Shown in pieces: positions 11,341 to 20,100 of a stretch of 63,876 nt of DNA (position 1 is its first letter; every line of letters starts with the position of its first letter). The position numbers and the translations under genes were made by a program. The notes beneath the pieces are model-generated. The model was given only the letters and a program-made list of their open reading frames with translations, was not told the origin of the DNA and made no database searches. Location of the stretch: contig JBGPXN010000005.1 in the NCBI GenBank assembly GCA_041492755.1, forward strand, positions 1 to 63,876, in the 5' to 3' direction. The stretch is from Candidatus Methylomirabilia bacterium. GTDB taxonomy: Bacteria; Methylomirabilota; Methylomirabilia; Rokubacteriales; CSP1-6.

Positions 11341-12144
11341 ATGTACGGCAAGGCCGGCGCGGACTTCCCACGTCGGGTGGTGTGCCTCACGGCCGAGACG
11401 ACGGAAATCGTGTACCTGGTCGGCGCGGGGGACCGGGTGGTCGGCGTGCCCGGCACCGCGCGCCGGCCGCCGGAGGCGCGTGAGAAGGCGCGGGTCGGCG
11501 GCTTCACGACGTTTCGCCGCGACCGCATCCTCGCCCTCGAGCCCGATCTAGTGCTCGCGTTCTCCGATCTGCAGCGCGAGATCGTCGCCGAGCTGATCGG
11601 CGCCGGGGTGACGGTGCTCTGCACCAACCAGCGTTCGGTGGACGAGGTCCTGCGCACGATCTTGCTCATCGGCGGCGCGCTGGGCCGCGAGGAGCAGGCG
11701 CGCGCCGTCGTCGGCGACATGCGCGACGAGATCAAGCAGATCCGCGAGTACTCGAGCATCTGGCCCGATCGCCCGCGCGTGTACTTCGAGGAGTGGCCGG
11801 ACCCGATGATCGCCGGCATCCGCTGGGTGTCCGAGCTGATCGAGATCGCCGGCGGCCGCGACGTCTTTGCCGAGCTGCGCGACAAGCCGGCGGCCAAGGA
11901 CCGCGTGATCGCCGCCGAGGAAGTGGTGCGCCGCGATCCGGACATCATCCTCGCGTCGTGGTGTGGCAAGCCGGTGGACATCAGCGCGATCACCGGGCGT
12001 CCGGGGTGGAGCGGGATCATGGCGGTGAAGCAGGGACGCGTCCACGAAATCGACGGCGCCGACATCTTGGCGCCCGGGCCGTCGCTCATGGTCGGCCTGC
12101 GGCGGATCCACGAGCTGATTCAGGTGGCCCAGGCGTCGAAGTAG
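11341..12144 (+). CDS. BtuF-like cobalamin/iron ABC substrate-binding protein
   Basis: RVVCLTAETTEIVYLVGAGDRVVGV, ILALEPDLVLAFSDLQ, YFEEWPDP; class III periplasmic binding fold. Confidence 0.8.
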   Translation: MYGKAGADFPRRVVCLTAETTEIVYLVGAGDRVVGVPGTARRPPEAREKARVGGFTTFRRDRILALEPDLVLAFSDLQREIVAELIGAGVTVLCTNQRSVDEVLRTILLIGGALGREEQARAVVGDMRDEIKQIREYSSIWPDRPRVYFEEWPDPMIAGIRWVSELIEIAGGRDVFAELRDKPAAKDRVIAAEEVVRRDPDIILASWCGKPVDISAITGRPGWSGIMAVKQGRVHEIDGADILAPGPSLMVGLRRIHELIQVAQASK

Positions 12145-12178
12145 CCGGCCAGGCCGCGGGGCGGCGGGGGAGAGGGCG

Positions 12179-13276
12179 ATGACGATCGATCAGCAGCGCG
12201 TTCGCCGGACACGGACCGGGCCCATCGCTCACGATCCGGCTCGCGCCCAGCCGGGCTACACGCTGTTCACGCCGATGTTCGGTGACGGCACCGTGTACCT
12301 CATCGATATGGATGGCCGCGTGGCCCACACCTGGCGCATGCCGTATCGCCCCGGCCTCTACGGCTACCTCCTCGACAACGGCCATTTGTTCTACACCGGC
12401 AAGGTGATGGAAGACCTCGACCGCTTCGAAGCCTGGGCGCGCTTCAAGGCGGGCGCGGCGCTGGAAGTCGACTGGCGCGCCAACGTCATCTGGGAGGTGA
12501 AGCACCCGGATCACCATCACGACGCGCGCAAGCTCCGGAACGGCAACGTCGTGCTGCTCTGCCTGCGTCCGGTGCCGCGCGAGCTGCACGGGCGTATCAA
12601 GGGCGGGCTGCCCGGCACCGAGGTCGACGGGAAGATCTACGCCGACTACCTCGTCGAGATGACCACGCGCGGTGAGGTCGTCTGGGAATGGCGGAGCTGG
12701 GAGCACCTGGATTTCGAGACCGAGATCATCACGGCGCAGGATCGCCGTGAAGAATGGACCCACGGCAACACGGTGGCGGAGATGGCGGACGGCAACCTGC
12801 TCGTGAGCTTCCGCAACATCTGCACCGTCGCCGTCATCGAGCGCAGCAGCGGCAAGATCGTCTGGAAGCTCGGGGGACCGCCGCTCGCCCAGCAGCACGA
12901 CCCCCGCCCGCTGCCCAACGGCAATCTACTGATCTTCGACAACGGGACTCACCGCCGCGATCATCCGGCGCCGTACTCACGGGTCATCGAGGTCGATCCC
13001 CGCCAGGGCGCGATCGTGTGGGAGTACCACGATCAGTCGATCTTCGACTTCTTCAGCCCGTACATCTCCGGGGCGCAGCGGCTCGCCAACGGCAACACGC
13101 TGATCTGCGAGGGGTGCGACGGGCGGATCTTCGAGGTCACCCGGGAAGGCGACGTCGTGTGGGAATACGTCAACCCACACTTCTTCGCCGAGCCCGGCCG
13201 GCCGGGACTCAACAACTGGGTGTTTCGCGCCTTCCGTTACACGCCGGAGGAGATCGAGGCCGCCCGCCGCGCCTGA
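12179..13276 (+). CDS. Arylsulfotransferase (ASST)-like beta-propeller protein
   Basis: HHDARKLRNGN, WTHGN, QQHD, IFDNG, ISGAQRLANGNTLICEG. Confidence 0.85.
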   Translation: MTIDQQRVRRTRTGPIAHDPARAQPGYTLFTPMFGDGTVYLIDMDGRVAHTWRMPYRPGLYGYLLDNGHLFYTGKVMEDLDRFEAWARFKAGAALEVDWRANVIWEVKHPDHHHDARKLRNGNVVLLCLRPVPRELHGRIKGGLPGTEVDGKIYADYLVEMTTRGEVVWEWRSWEHLDFETEIITAQDRREEWTHGNTVAEMADGNLLVSFRNICTVAVIERSSGKIVWKLGGPPLAQQHDPRPLPNGNLLIFDNGTHRRDHPAPYSRVIEVDPRQGAIVWEYHDQSIFDFFSPYISGAQRLANGNTLICEGCDGRIFEVTREGDVVWEYVNPHFFAEPGRPGLNNWVFRAFRYTPEEIEAARRA

Positions 13277-13369
13277 GCCGGGAACGAACGGCCGGGAGTC
13301 AGCGTTTCAAGGGCGCCGAGCTTTGCGTGCCGCGCTGCGCAGCGTCCCTGGATCCTAGGGAGGACGACA

Positions 13370-13552
13370 ATGATCGCGATCCTGAGACTCGTCGTCGGCG
13401 CCCTCCTCCTGAACAGCCTGATCACCGGCTGCACGGCAGCAGGGGGGTCGCCTTCACAATATTCCGAGCTCGAGAAATGCTCCCGGTCGGGGGGCAGTTG
13501 GCGTGCGGGGGCCTGTGAACCAGCCTCGTCAGGCGGTGGCGGGGGCTACTGA
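13370..13552 (+). CDS. Small lipoprotein (CxRSGGxW..C motif, Gly-rich tail)
   Basis: SD GGAGG, hydrophobic signal with lipobox LITG-C, paralogous to the next gene. Confidence 0.7.
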   Translation: MIAILRLVVGALLLNSLITGCTAAGGSPSQYSELEKCSRSGGSWRAGACEPASSGGGGGY

Positions 13553-13565
13553 CCGGAGCCTCAGG

Positions 13566-13769
13566 ATGCGGCTCCTGCGCATGCGGCGCACGAAGTCCAG
13601 CACCGTCGTGGGGATCTTCCTCGTCGCGCTCATCCTCGCGGGATGCGCGTCGGGGCCGGTCCCGGAGGCGAGGTCGAGCGCCAGGGCCGATTGCGAGCGG
13701 AGCGGCGGCGTCTGGTTCTCGGGTCCGGCCGCCTGTGTGATCGGAGGCGGTGACGGAGGCGGGATGTAG
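13566..13769 (+). CDS. Small lipoprotein (CxRSGGxW..C motif, Gly-rich tail)
   Basis: Lipobox LAG-C; CERSGGVWFSGPAAC; GGGDGGG tail. Confidence 0.7.
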   Translation: MRLLRMRRTKSSTVVGIFLVALILAGCASGPVPEARSSARADCERSGGVWFSGPAACVIGGGDGGGM

Positions 13770-13781
13770 CCTCGGCCGGCC

Positions 13782-14576
13782 TCACTGCCCCCGGAACACC
13801 GGCGGGCGCTTGTCCACGAAGGCGCGGATGCCCTCGCGCGCGTCCTCGGTGTCGAAGCAGATGTTCTGCGCGTAGGTCTCGAACTCGAGCGCCTTCTTCA
13901 GATCTGTCTCGAGGCTGTGATAGATGGCGCGCTTGGACAGGCGGATGGCGATGGGCGGGCCGTCGGCGATCTTTCGCGCCAGCGCGTAGGTCGCGGGGAG
14001 CAGCTCCTCGGGCGGGTGGACGGCGCTGACGATGCCCAGCCGCAGCGCCTGCTCGGCGTCGATCACGTCGCCTGTCCAGATCAGCTCGCAGGCCTTCGCC
14101 ACGCCCACCACGCGCGGCAGGAAGTAGGTCCCGCCCCAGTCGGGGTGGAGCCCGCGCTTGACGAAGGCCTGGGAGAACTTCGCCGCGGTCGAGGCCAGGC
14201 GGATGTCGCAGCAGAGCGCGATGTTGAATCCGGCGCCGGCGGCGGCGCCGTTGACGGCGGCGATCACCGGCTTGGGCGCGTCGCGCAGCGCGAGCACGCC
14301 GCGGTCGCGTCCCGGTGCGACTTTTTCCGTGAGCGGGCGGCCCACCCCACGCTCCTTGTTCTCGTTCATCGCCTTGACGTCGCCACCGGAGCAGAAACCC
14401 TTGCCGGCGCCGGTGAGCACGATCACGCGAACCTCGGCATCCTGCGAGGCGCGAGTCACCCCGTCCAGCAGGTCTTCGCGGAGCGTGTCGCCGAGGGCGT
14501 TGAGCCGCTCGGGGCGGTTCAACGTCAGCGTCGCGATGCCGTCCTTCACCTCGTAGAGCAGGCATTTGTAGGTCAT
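13782..14576 (-). CDS. Enoyl-CoA hydratase/isomerase (crotonase family)
   Basis: LNRPERLNAL, FCSGGD, IAAVNGAAAGAG, PDWGGT. Confidence 0.92.
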   Translation of the reverse strand: MTYKCLLYEVKDGIATLTLNRPERLNALGDTLREDLLDGVTRASQDAEVRVIVLTGAGKGFCSGGDVKAMNENKERGVGRPLTEKVAPGRDRGVLALRDAPKPVIAAVNGAAAGAGFNIALCCDIRLASTAAKFSQAFVKRGLHPDWGGTYFLPRVVGVAKACELIWTGDVIDAEQALRLGIVSAVHPPEELLPATYALARKIADGPPIAIRLSKRAIYHSLETDLKKALEFETYAQNICFDTEDAREGIRAFVDKRPPVFRGQ

Positions 14577-14630
14577 GGATGGTCTCCCGGCCACGAGTAT
14601 AAGCGGCTGTCAGCCGTGACGAAGTACGCA

Positions 14631-14747
14631 GGTCGGCTGCTCCTCGTGCAGCGGCCAATAGTGCGGGCGCGCCGGGGAGTTCCGGCGTCTTGCTTCCGGC
14701 GCTACACTTGATGAGCGGAGTCCCGCCGCAACCCGCCGGAGGCGACC
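14631..14747 (+). ncRNA. Candidate structured non-coding RNA with 6S-like architecture
   Basis: Intergenic. The ends pair (GGTCG/CGACC, CTCC/GGAG, TGCAGCGG/CCGCCGCA) around a central bubble and an apical stem (GCGCCGGGGAG/CTTCCGGCGC). TATAAG lies upstream. Not verified by a covariance model. Confidence 0.3.
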
Positions 14748-14848
14748 AATGATTTGAGGGAGTTGCCCCGTTCACGCGAAAAATTTGGGGGTGCGGAAGG
14801 CGCCGCGCTAGGATTGGGCCCGCAGCGACCCCGGGGGAGCAAAGATCC

Positions 14849-16294
14849 ATGACCGAACTCGTGCCCGTGCATCCCGAACGCTTCTTCGCCGACCGTTTCA
14901 ACGTCACCCCGTCGCTGATGGAGCGGCTGCTCGGCTCGTCGCTGCGTGGACGCGCCGACGACGCCGACGTGTACCTCGAGTACCGCATCAACGAGGACCT
15001 GGTGCTCGAGGAAGGTACGGTCAAGAAGGCGTCGCGCCACGTCAGTCAGGGCGCGGGGGTGCGCGCGCAGGCGGGCACCCGCACGGGCTACGCGCACACG
15101 GACGAGATCTCGTTGCAGAACCTGGAAGAGGCGGCACGGCAGGCGCGCGCGATCGGGGAGCGGGGAGGTGACTCGGCCGTCGTGGCGGTCAGGAACGGGA
15201 GCCCCCACGACCTCTATCACCTCTCCGAGCCCCCGATCGCGACCGACCTGCACCGCAAGGTGGCGCTCCTGCGCTCGGTCGACGAAGCGGCGCGCGCGGC
15301 CGACCCGCGCGTGCGCCAGGTCATCGCCAGCATCACCAGCGAGGAAGTGGTCATGCTGATCGTCACCGCCGCCGGCTGGAGCGTGGGCGACATCCGACCG
15401 CTCACGCGGCTGAACGTCACGGTGATCGCCGAGTCGGGCGCGCAGCGCGAGATCGGGACCTACGGCGGCGGCGGCCGCGTGCCCTTCGAGTACTTCCTGG
15501 AGCAGGACCGCTGGCGGCGGTTCGCGGCGGAGGCCGCGCGCCAGGCCACCCTCAAGCTGAGCGCGGTGGACGCGCCGGCCGGCACGATGACGGTCGTGCT
15601 GGGACCGGGCTGGCCCGGCATCCTCCTGCATGAGGCGATCGGCCATGGCCTCGAGGGCGACTTCAACCGCAAGGGCGTGTCGGCGTTCGCCGGGCGCATG
15701 GGACAGAAGGTCGCCTCCGAGCTCGTCACCGTCGTGGACGACGGCACCATGGCCAATCGCCGCGGCTCGCTCAACTTCGACGACGAGGGCACGCCGACCG
15801 GACGCACCGTGCTCATCGAGCGTGGCGTCCTGCGCGGCTACATGCAGGACAAGCTCAACGCCCGCCTGATGGGAATGACGCCGACCGGCAACGGCCGGCG
15901 GGAGTCCTACGCGTACCCGCCGATGCCGCGGATGACGAACACGTTCATGCTGGCCGGCGAGGACGAGCCGGAGGACATCATCCGCTCCGTCCGCAACGGT
16001 CTCTACGCGGTGGCGTTCGGGGGCGGACAGGTCGACATCACCAACGGCAAGTTCGTGTTCTCGGCCAGCGAGGCCTACCTGATCGAGGACGGCCGAATCA
16101 CGGCGCCGGTGAAGGGCGCGACGCTGATCGGCAACGGCCCCGACGCGCTCACGCGGGTCAGCCGCGTCGGTCACGATCTGGCCCTCGACGAGGGCATCGG
16201 GACTTGCGGCAAGGACGGCCAGTCGGTGCCGGTGGGTGTGGGCCTGCCCACGATTCTCATCGACAGCCTGACCGTCGGCGGCACCCAGGTCTGA
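14849..16294 (+). CDS. tldD: Metalloprotease TldD
   Basis: GWPGILLHEAIGHGLEGDFNRKG, GNGRRESYA..PMPRMTNT, CGKDGQSVPVGVG.PT. Confidence 0.96.
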   Translation: MTELVPVHPERFFADRFNVTPSLMERLLGSSLRGRADDADVYLEYRINEDLVLEEGTVKKASRHVSQGAGVRAQAGTRTGYAHTDEISLQNLEEAARQARAIGERGGDSAVVAVRNGSPHDLYHLSEPPIATDLHRKVALLRSVDEAARAADPRVRQVIASITSEEVVMLIVTAAGWSVGDIRPLTRLNVTVIAESGAQREIGTYGGGGRVPFEYFLEQDRWRRFAAEAARQATLKLSAVDAPAGTMTVVLGPGWPGILLHEAIGHGLEGDFNRKGVSAFAGRMGQKVASELVTVVDDGTMANRRGSLNFDDEGTPTGRTVLIERGVLRGYMQDKLNARLMGMTPTGNGRRESYAYPPMPRMTNTFMLAGEDEPEDIIRSVRNGLYAVAFGGGQVDITNGKFVFSASEAYLIEDGRITAPVKGATLIGNGPDALTRVSRVGHDLALDEGIGTCGKDGQSVPVGVGLPTILIDSLTVGGTQV

Positions 16295-16299
16295 GCGCC

Positions 16300-17637
16300 A
16301 TGCGAAGCGATCTGCTCGTCGACGTCCTCAAGCGGGCGACGGCAGGCGGCGCGACCGCGGCCGACGGCTTCCTGGTGGACGAGCGCCACTTCAGCGCGAC
16401 GGTCCGTCTCGGCGAGGTCGACACCGTCACCCACTCCCACGACCAGCGGCTGTCGCTGCGCGTGTTCGTGGGCCGCGCGTCGGCGGCCGCGTCCACCTCC
16501 GACCTCTCGCCCGACTCGATCACCCGCGTGGTCGAGGAAGCCGCCGCGCTGGCCCGGGTGACCGCCGAAGATCCGCACGCGGGCTTGCCCGACCCGGCCG
16601 ATCTGATCGGCCTCATCCCGGATCTCGACCTCGCCGACACCAGCCCGGACGATCTGACCCCGGAGGCGAAAATCGAGATCGCGCGCCAGGCCGAGGCGGC
16701 CGCGCTCGCCGTCGATCCGCGCATCACCAACTCCGAAGGCGCGGAGTACTTCGATCGCCGGGCCCGCTACGCGTACGCGACGTCCTCCGGCTTCGCCGGC
16801 GGGTACACGACGACGTCGTTCGGCATCACGGTCTCGCCGGTCGCGAGCGTGAACGGCGACATGCAGCGCGACTCCTGGTACTCGATCGCCCGGAAGCGGG
16901 CGCGCGTGGAGGATCCGGCCGCCATCGGGCGCATCGCCGCGCAGCGCGCGCTACGCCGGCTGGGGGCCCGAAAGGTGAAGACGGTCGAGGTGCCGGTGGT
17001 GTTCGATCCCGAGACCGCGGCCAGCCTCGTGCGTGCCATCGCCGGCGCGGCCAGCGGCCCGAGCCTGTACCGGCGCGCCTCGTTCCTGGTCGATCGACTG
17101 GGCTCGCGGATCGGCGCGCCCACCGTCACCATCGTCGACGACGGGACGATCCCCGGCGCGCTCGGCTCGCGCCCGTTCGACGGAGAGGGACTGGCCACGC
17201 GGCGCACGGTTCTCGTGAACGATGGCGTGCTCGAGTCCTACCTGCTCGACTCCTACAGCGCGCGCAAGCTGGGCTCGGTCTCGACGCACCACGCCGCGCG
17301 CGACGGCAGCGGAGTGACGGTCGGGACGACGAACCTGATGCTGTTGCCGGGGACGGCGTCGCCCGACGAGCTCATCGCGTCGGTGAGCGACGGCTTCTAC
17401 GTCACCGAGCTGATCGGCTTCGGTGTCAACGGCGTCACCGGTGACTATTCGCGGGGCGCCTCCGGGCTCTGGATCGAGAACGGCAAGCTCACGTATCCGG
17501 TGGAGGAAGTCACCGTAGCGGGTAATCTCCTGAAGATGTTCGACGCGATCGACGGGGTCGGCAACGACCTCGTGCTCCGGGATCGCACCGCGTCGCCCAC
17601 CGTGAAGATCGCCCGCATGGTGGTGGCGGGCGCCTAG
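16300..17637 (+). CDS. pmbA: TldE/PmbA family protein
   Basis: RPFDGEG, GVNGVTGDYSRGASG, VEEVTVAGNL; directly follows tldD. Confidence 0.93.
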   Translation: MRSDLLVDVLKRATAGGATAADGFLVDERHFSATVRLGEVDTVTHSHDQRLSLRVFVGRASAAASTSDLSPDSITRVVEEAAALARVTAEDPHAGLPDPADLIGLIPDLDLADTSPDDLTPEAKIEIARQAEAAALAVDPRITNSEGAEYFDRRARYAYATSSGFAGGYTTTSFGITVSPVASVNGDMQRDSWYSIARKRARVEDPAAIGRIAAQRALRRLGARKVKTVEVPVVFDPETAASLVRAIAGAASGPSLYRRASFLVDRLGSRIGAPTVTIVDDGTIPGALGSRPFDGEGLATRRTVLVNDGVLESYLLDSYSARKLGSVSTHHAARDGSGVTVGTTNLMLLPGTASPDELIASVSDGFYVTELIGFGVNGVTGDYSRGASGLWIENGKLTYPVEEVTVAGNLLKMFDAIDGVGNDLVLRDRTASPTVKIARMVVAGA

Positions 17638-17659
17638 GGGACGAGCATGTGGGAGTATC

Positions 17660-17731
17660 GAGGAGCGCCACGGGTTTCCCGGGGCGCTCTGAGCGTGGGG
17701 GGTATGGGGGGCCGTTTCGGGGCCCCCCATC
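17660..17731. repeat. REP-like double-hairpin intergenic repeat, copy 1
   Basis: GAGGAGCGCC.CGGGT..CCCGGGGCGCT...GGGGGGCC.TTTCGGGGCCCCCCA; nearly identical to 23740-23811. Confidence 0.85.
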
Positions 17732-17747
17732 TTTCCAGGGGGGCCCG

Positions 17748-18533
17748 ATGATCATCGACACCCACTGCCATCTTCACGAGCCGCCGCTCGGCGACGTCCG
17801 TGAGACGCTGCGTACCGCGCTCGCCCACGACGTGTGGGGCATGATCGCCGTGGGATGCGACGCCGCGACCAACGAGCGGACGCTGGCCGCCGCCGCCGCC
17901 GCACCGAAGGCCGTGTGGGCATGTCTGGGCTTCCACCCCGACTGGACGCACCTCACCTGGGACGATCTGGAGCAGGTGGAGCAGCAGGTGGCCGAGCATC
18001 ATGGGCACCTGGTGGCGCTCGGAGAAGTCGGTCTGCCGTGGTACTCGCTGGAGAAGGCTGCCGACCCGGCCACCATGATGACGCGCGGTCGCGGGCGGCT
18101 CGAGCGTCTGCTCGCCCTCGCCGTCCGGTACGATCTGCCCGTCGCGCTGCACGCGCCGCACGGCGCCGCCGCCGGCGCCCTGGAAGCGCTGCGCCGCCAC
18201 CGCGTCGAGCGCGCGGTGTTCCACTGGCACAAGGCGCCCGCGGACGTCACCCGTGCCATCGTCGACGCCGGCTACTTTGTGTCCGTGGGCCCCGAGGTGG
18301 TGTATCGCGAGCGCGATCGGGAGCTGGTGGCCGCGATTCCGCTGGAGTCGCTGCTGGTCGAGAGCGACGCACCCTGGGGCTACCGCGGGGAATTCGAGGG
18401 GCTGCCGTCCGGCCCGTGGTTCGCCGCGCGCGTGGCCGAGGAAGTCGCGAAGATCAAGCAGCTACCCGTCGACGACGTGATGTTCGGGCTGTCCGCCAAC
18501 GCTTGCCAGCTCTTCGATCTCGTCTGGACGTGA
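17748..18533 (+). CDS. tatD: TatD-family metal-dependent hydrolase/DNase
   Basis: IIDTHCH, LGFHP, GEVGL, VFHW, LLVESDAP. Confidence 0.88.
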   Translation: MIIDTHCHLHEPPLGDVRETLRTALAHDVWGMIAVGCDAATNERTLAAAAAAPKAVWACLGFHPDWTHLTWDDLEQVEQQVAEHHGHLVALGEVGLPWYSLEKAADPATMMTRGRGRLERLLALAVRYDLPVALHAPHGAAAGALEALRRHRVERAVFHWHKAPADVTRAIVDAGYFVSVGPEVVYRERDRELVAAIPLESLLVESDAPWGYRGEFEGLPSGPWFAARVAEEVAKIKQLPVDDVMFGLSANACQLFDLVWT

Positions 18534-18570
18534 GCGAGGGCGGCGTCGGCCCGGCGCGCCGCTGGCGCAC

Positions 18571-19308
18571 GTGAGCGAAGCGCGGCCGCGCGTCCCCGTT
18601 CCCGGGGGCGAGCTCGCCCTCGTTCTTCATCTTCCCGAGGGGCGGCCGCGCGTTCCGTGCGTCGTCGCCTGCCACGGTCTGCGCGCCTCGAAGGAGGGCG
18701 AGAAGTATCTGTTGCTCGCCGCCGAGCTGCCGCGCGCGGGCTTCGCCCTCGCGCGCTTCGACTTTCGGGGCTGTGGCGAGTCCAGCGGCAGCGAAGAGGA
18801 GACCACGGTCGCCACCCGGATCGAGGACGTGGAGGCGGTCATGCGGTCTCTGGCCGGCCATTCGGCGCTGAGCGGACGGTTCGGTCTCCTTGGCGCAAGC
18901 CTCGGCGGCTTCGTCGCATTGCACGTGGCGGCCCGGCGGCAAGACGACACGCCCGTGGTGACCTGGAACGCGCCGGCGCACCTGCTCGACCTCGGCAATC
19001 GGGCCGACACCGAGGGCCTCGGCGTGCCGTTCCTGCTGGAGCTGGCGACGCATCGCTATGACGCCGCCCCCGGCGTGACACGACATCTCGTCATCCAGGG
19101 CGAAGCCGACGACGTGGTGCCGCTCGAGCACGGCGTGATCCTGCATGCGCGCGCTCAGCCGCCGTGCGATCTGATCGTGGTCCCCGGCGGCGACCATCGG
19201 CTCACCGATCCGGGCCACCGTCAGGCCGCCGTCGCCCACAGCATCGACTGGTTCGGACGGTATCTTTCGCCGGCCGATCACTCCGAGCGTGTCACCTCCG
19301 CGGTCTGA
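18571..19308 (+). CDS. Alpha/beta hydrolase
   Basis: CHG, RFDFRGCGESSG, GASLGG nucleophile, QGEADDVV, GGDH. Confidence 0.88.
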   Translation: MSEARPRVPVPGGELALVLHLPEGRPRVPCVVACHGLRASKEGEKYLLLAAELPRAGFALARFDFRGCGESSGSEEETTVATRIEDVEAVMRSLAGHSALSGRFGLLGASLGGFVALHVAARRQDDTPVVTWNAPAHLLDLGNRADTEGLGVPFLLELATHRYDAAPGVTRHLVIQGEADDVVPLEHGVILHARAQPPCDLIVVPGGDHRLTDPGHRQAAVAHSIDWFGRYLSPADHSERVTSAV

Positions 19309-19343
19309 GTACATGGGGGGCCCCGACATGGCCCCCCATGTAC
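19309..19343. repeat. REP-like palindrome, partial copy in reverse orientation
   Basis: GTACATGGGGGGCCCCGACATGGCCCCCCATGTAC; its reverse complement matches the GGGGGGCCAT.TCGGGGCCCCCCA hairpin. Lies between convergent genes. Confidence 0.8.
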
Positions 19344-19937
19344 TTACACCGCGGACGGCGATACGGCCGGCGCGTGCTCCGCGGGCGTTTCGTCGGGGCA
19401 GTAGATATACCACTCGGGCTCGGTGAGCAGCAGCGGGCGCAGCTCGGGCAGGACCGAATCGAGGCTGAACGCGCTCGGCCGCGCGGACTGCAACGCGAGC
19501 GACTCGTGAACCCCGGTGAGCAAGGCGCTCAGCCGCGGCTGCTCCAGTGAATGCGCGAGCAGCAGGTAGGCGGGCTGGTAGAGACTCACGGCCAGTTCGG
19601 CCCACTGCGCGAGGGCCGCGACGATCGGCGCGGCCTGTCCGGCGCGGGACGTGAATACCATGAGCGCGAGCGCGGAGGCGTCCAGCGGGACGCGGCGGAA
19701 CTCGCGGACGACGACCAGGGTGTGGTGGTTCAGGGGCGCCGACACGAGCGCGCCGGGGACGTCGTCGCGCACGGAGTACAGGGCGAAGCGATCGGGGTCG
19801 GCCAGGCTGCGGAACCGGGAGCGCGCGTGTACGCCGGCTCCGTTGAACTGACCCCCCGCATGGGCACCGTCCGGTGGCTCGGTATCCCGCTCGTAGAGAC
19901 GGAGCCCTCGGCTCCACGCTGGACGCTGGCGCAGCAT
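19344..19937 (-). CDS. Hypothetical protein (possible tandem dimeric alpha/beta-barrel, ABM-like)
   Basis: Only plausible ORF in the gap; protein-like composition. RFRSLADPDRFALY resembles ABM-type strands. Confidence 0.5.
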   Translation of the reverse strand: MLRQRPAWSRGLRLYERDTEPPDGAHAGGQFNGAGVHARSRFRSLADPDRFALYSVRDDVPGALVSAPLNHHTLVVVREFRRVPLDASALALMVFTSRAGQAAPIVAALAQWAELAVSLYQPAYLLLAHSLEQPRLSALLTGVHESLALQSARPSAFSLDSVLPELRPLLLTEPEWYIYCPDETPAEHAPAVSPSAV

Positions 19938-20100
19938 GGGGGACGGCGGGGAGCAACTCCTGTGCCTCGGCTACTCGCCGGGGGAGGCGCCGCATCCATG
20001 CGGCCTTCGCGCGCGCTCCCAAGTTTTCAACGCGGACGGATCGGACGGCAAGCGTCACGCGGATGACAAGCCTTCGCCGCATGTGCTAAAGGATTGGAAC

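Noticed and set aside
13370-17637. Small ORFs as RiPP precursors processed by TldD/PmbA
   Set aside because: The small ORFs have lipoprotein signals, no YcaO, radical SAM or lanthionine enzymes are nearby, and tldD-pmbA is a common housekeeping pair.
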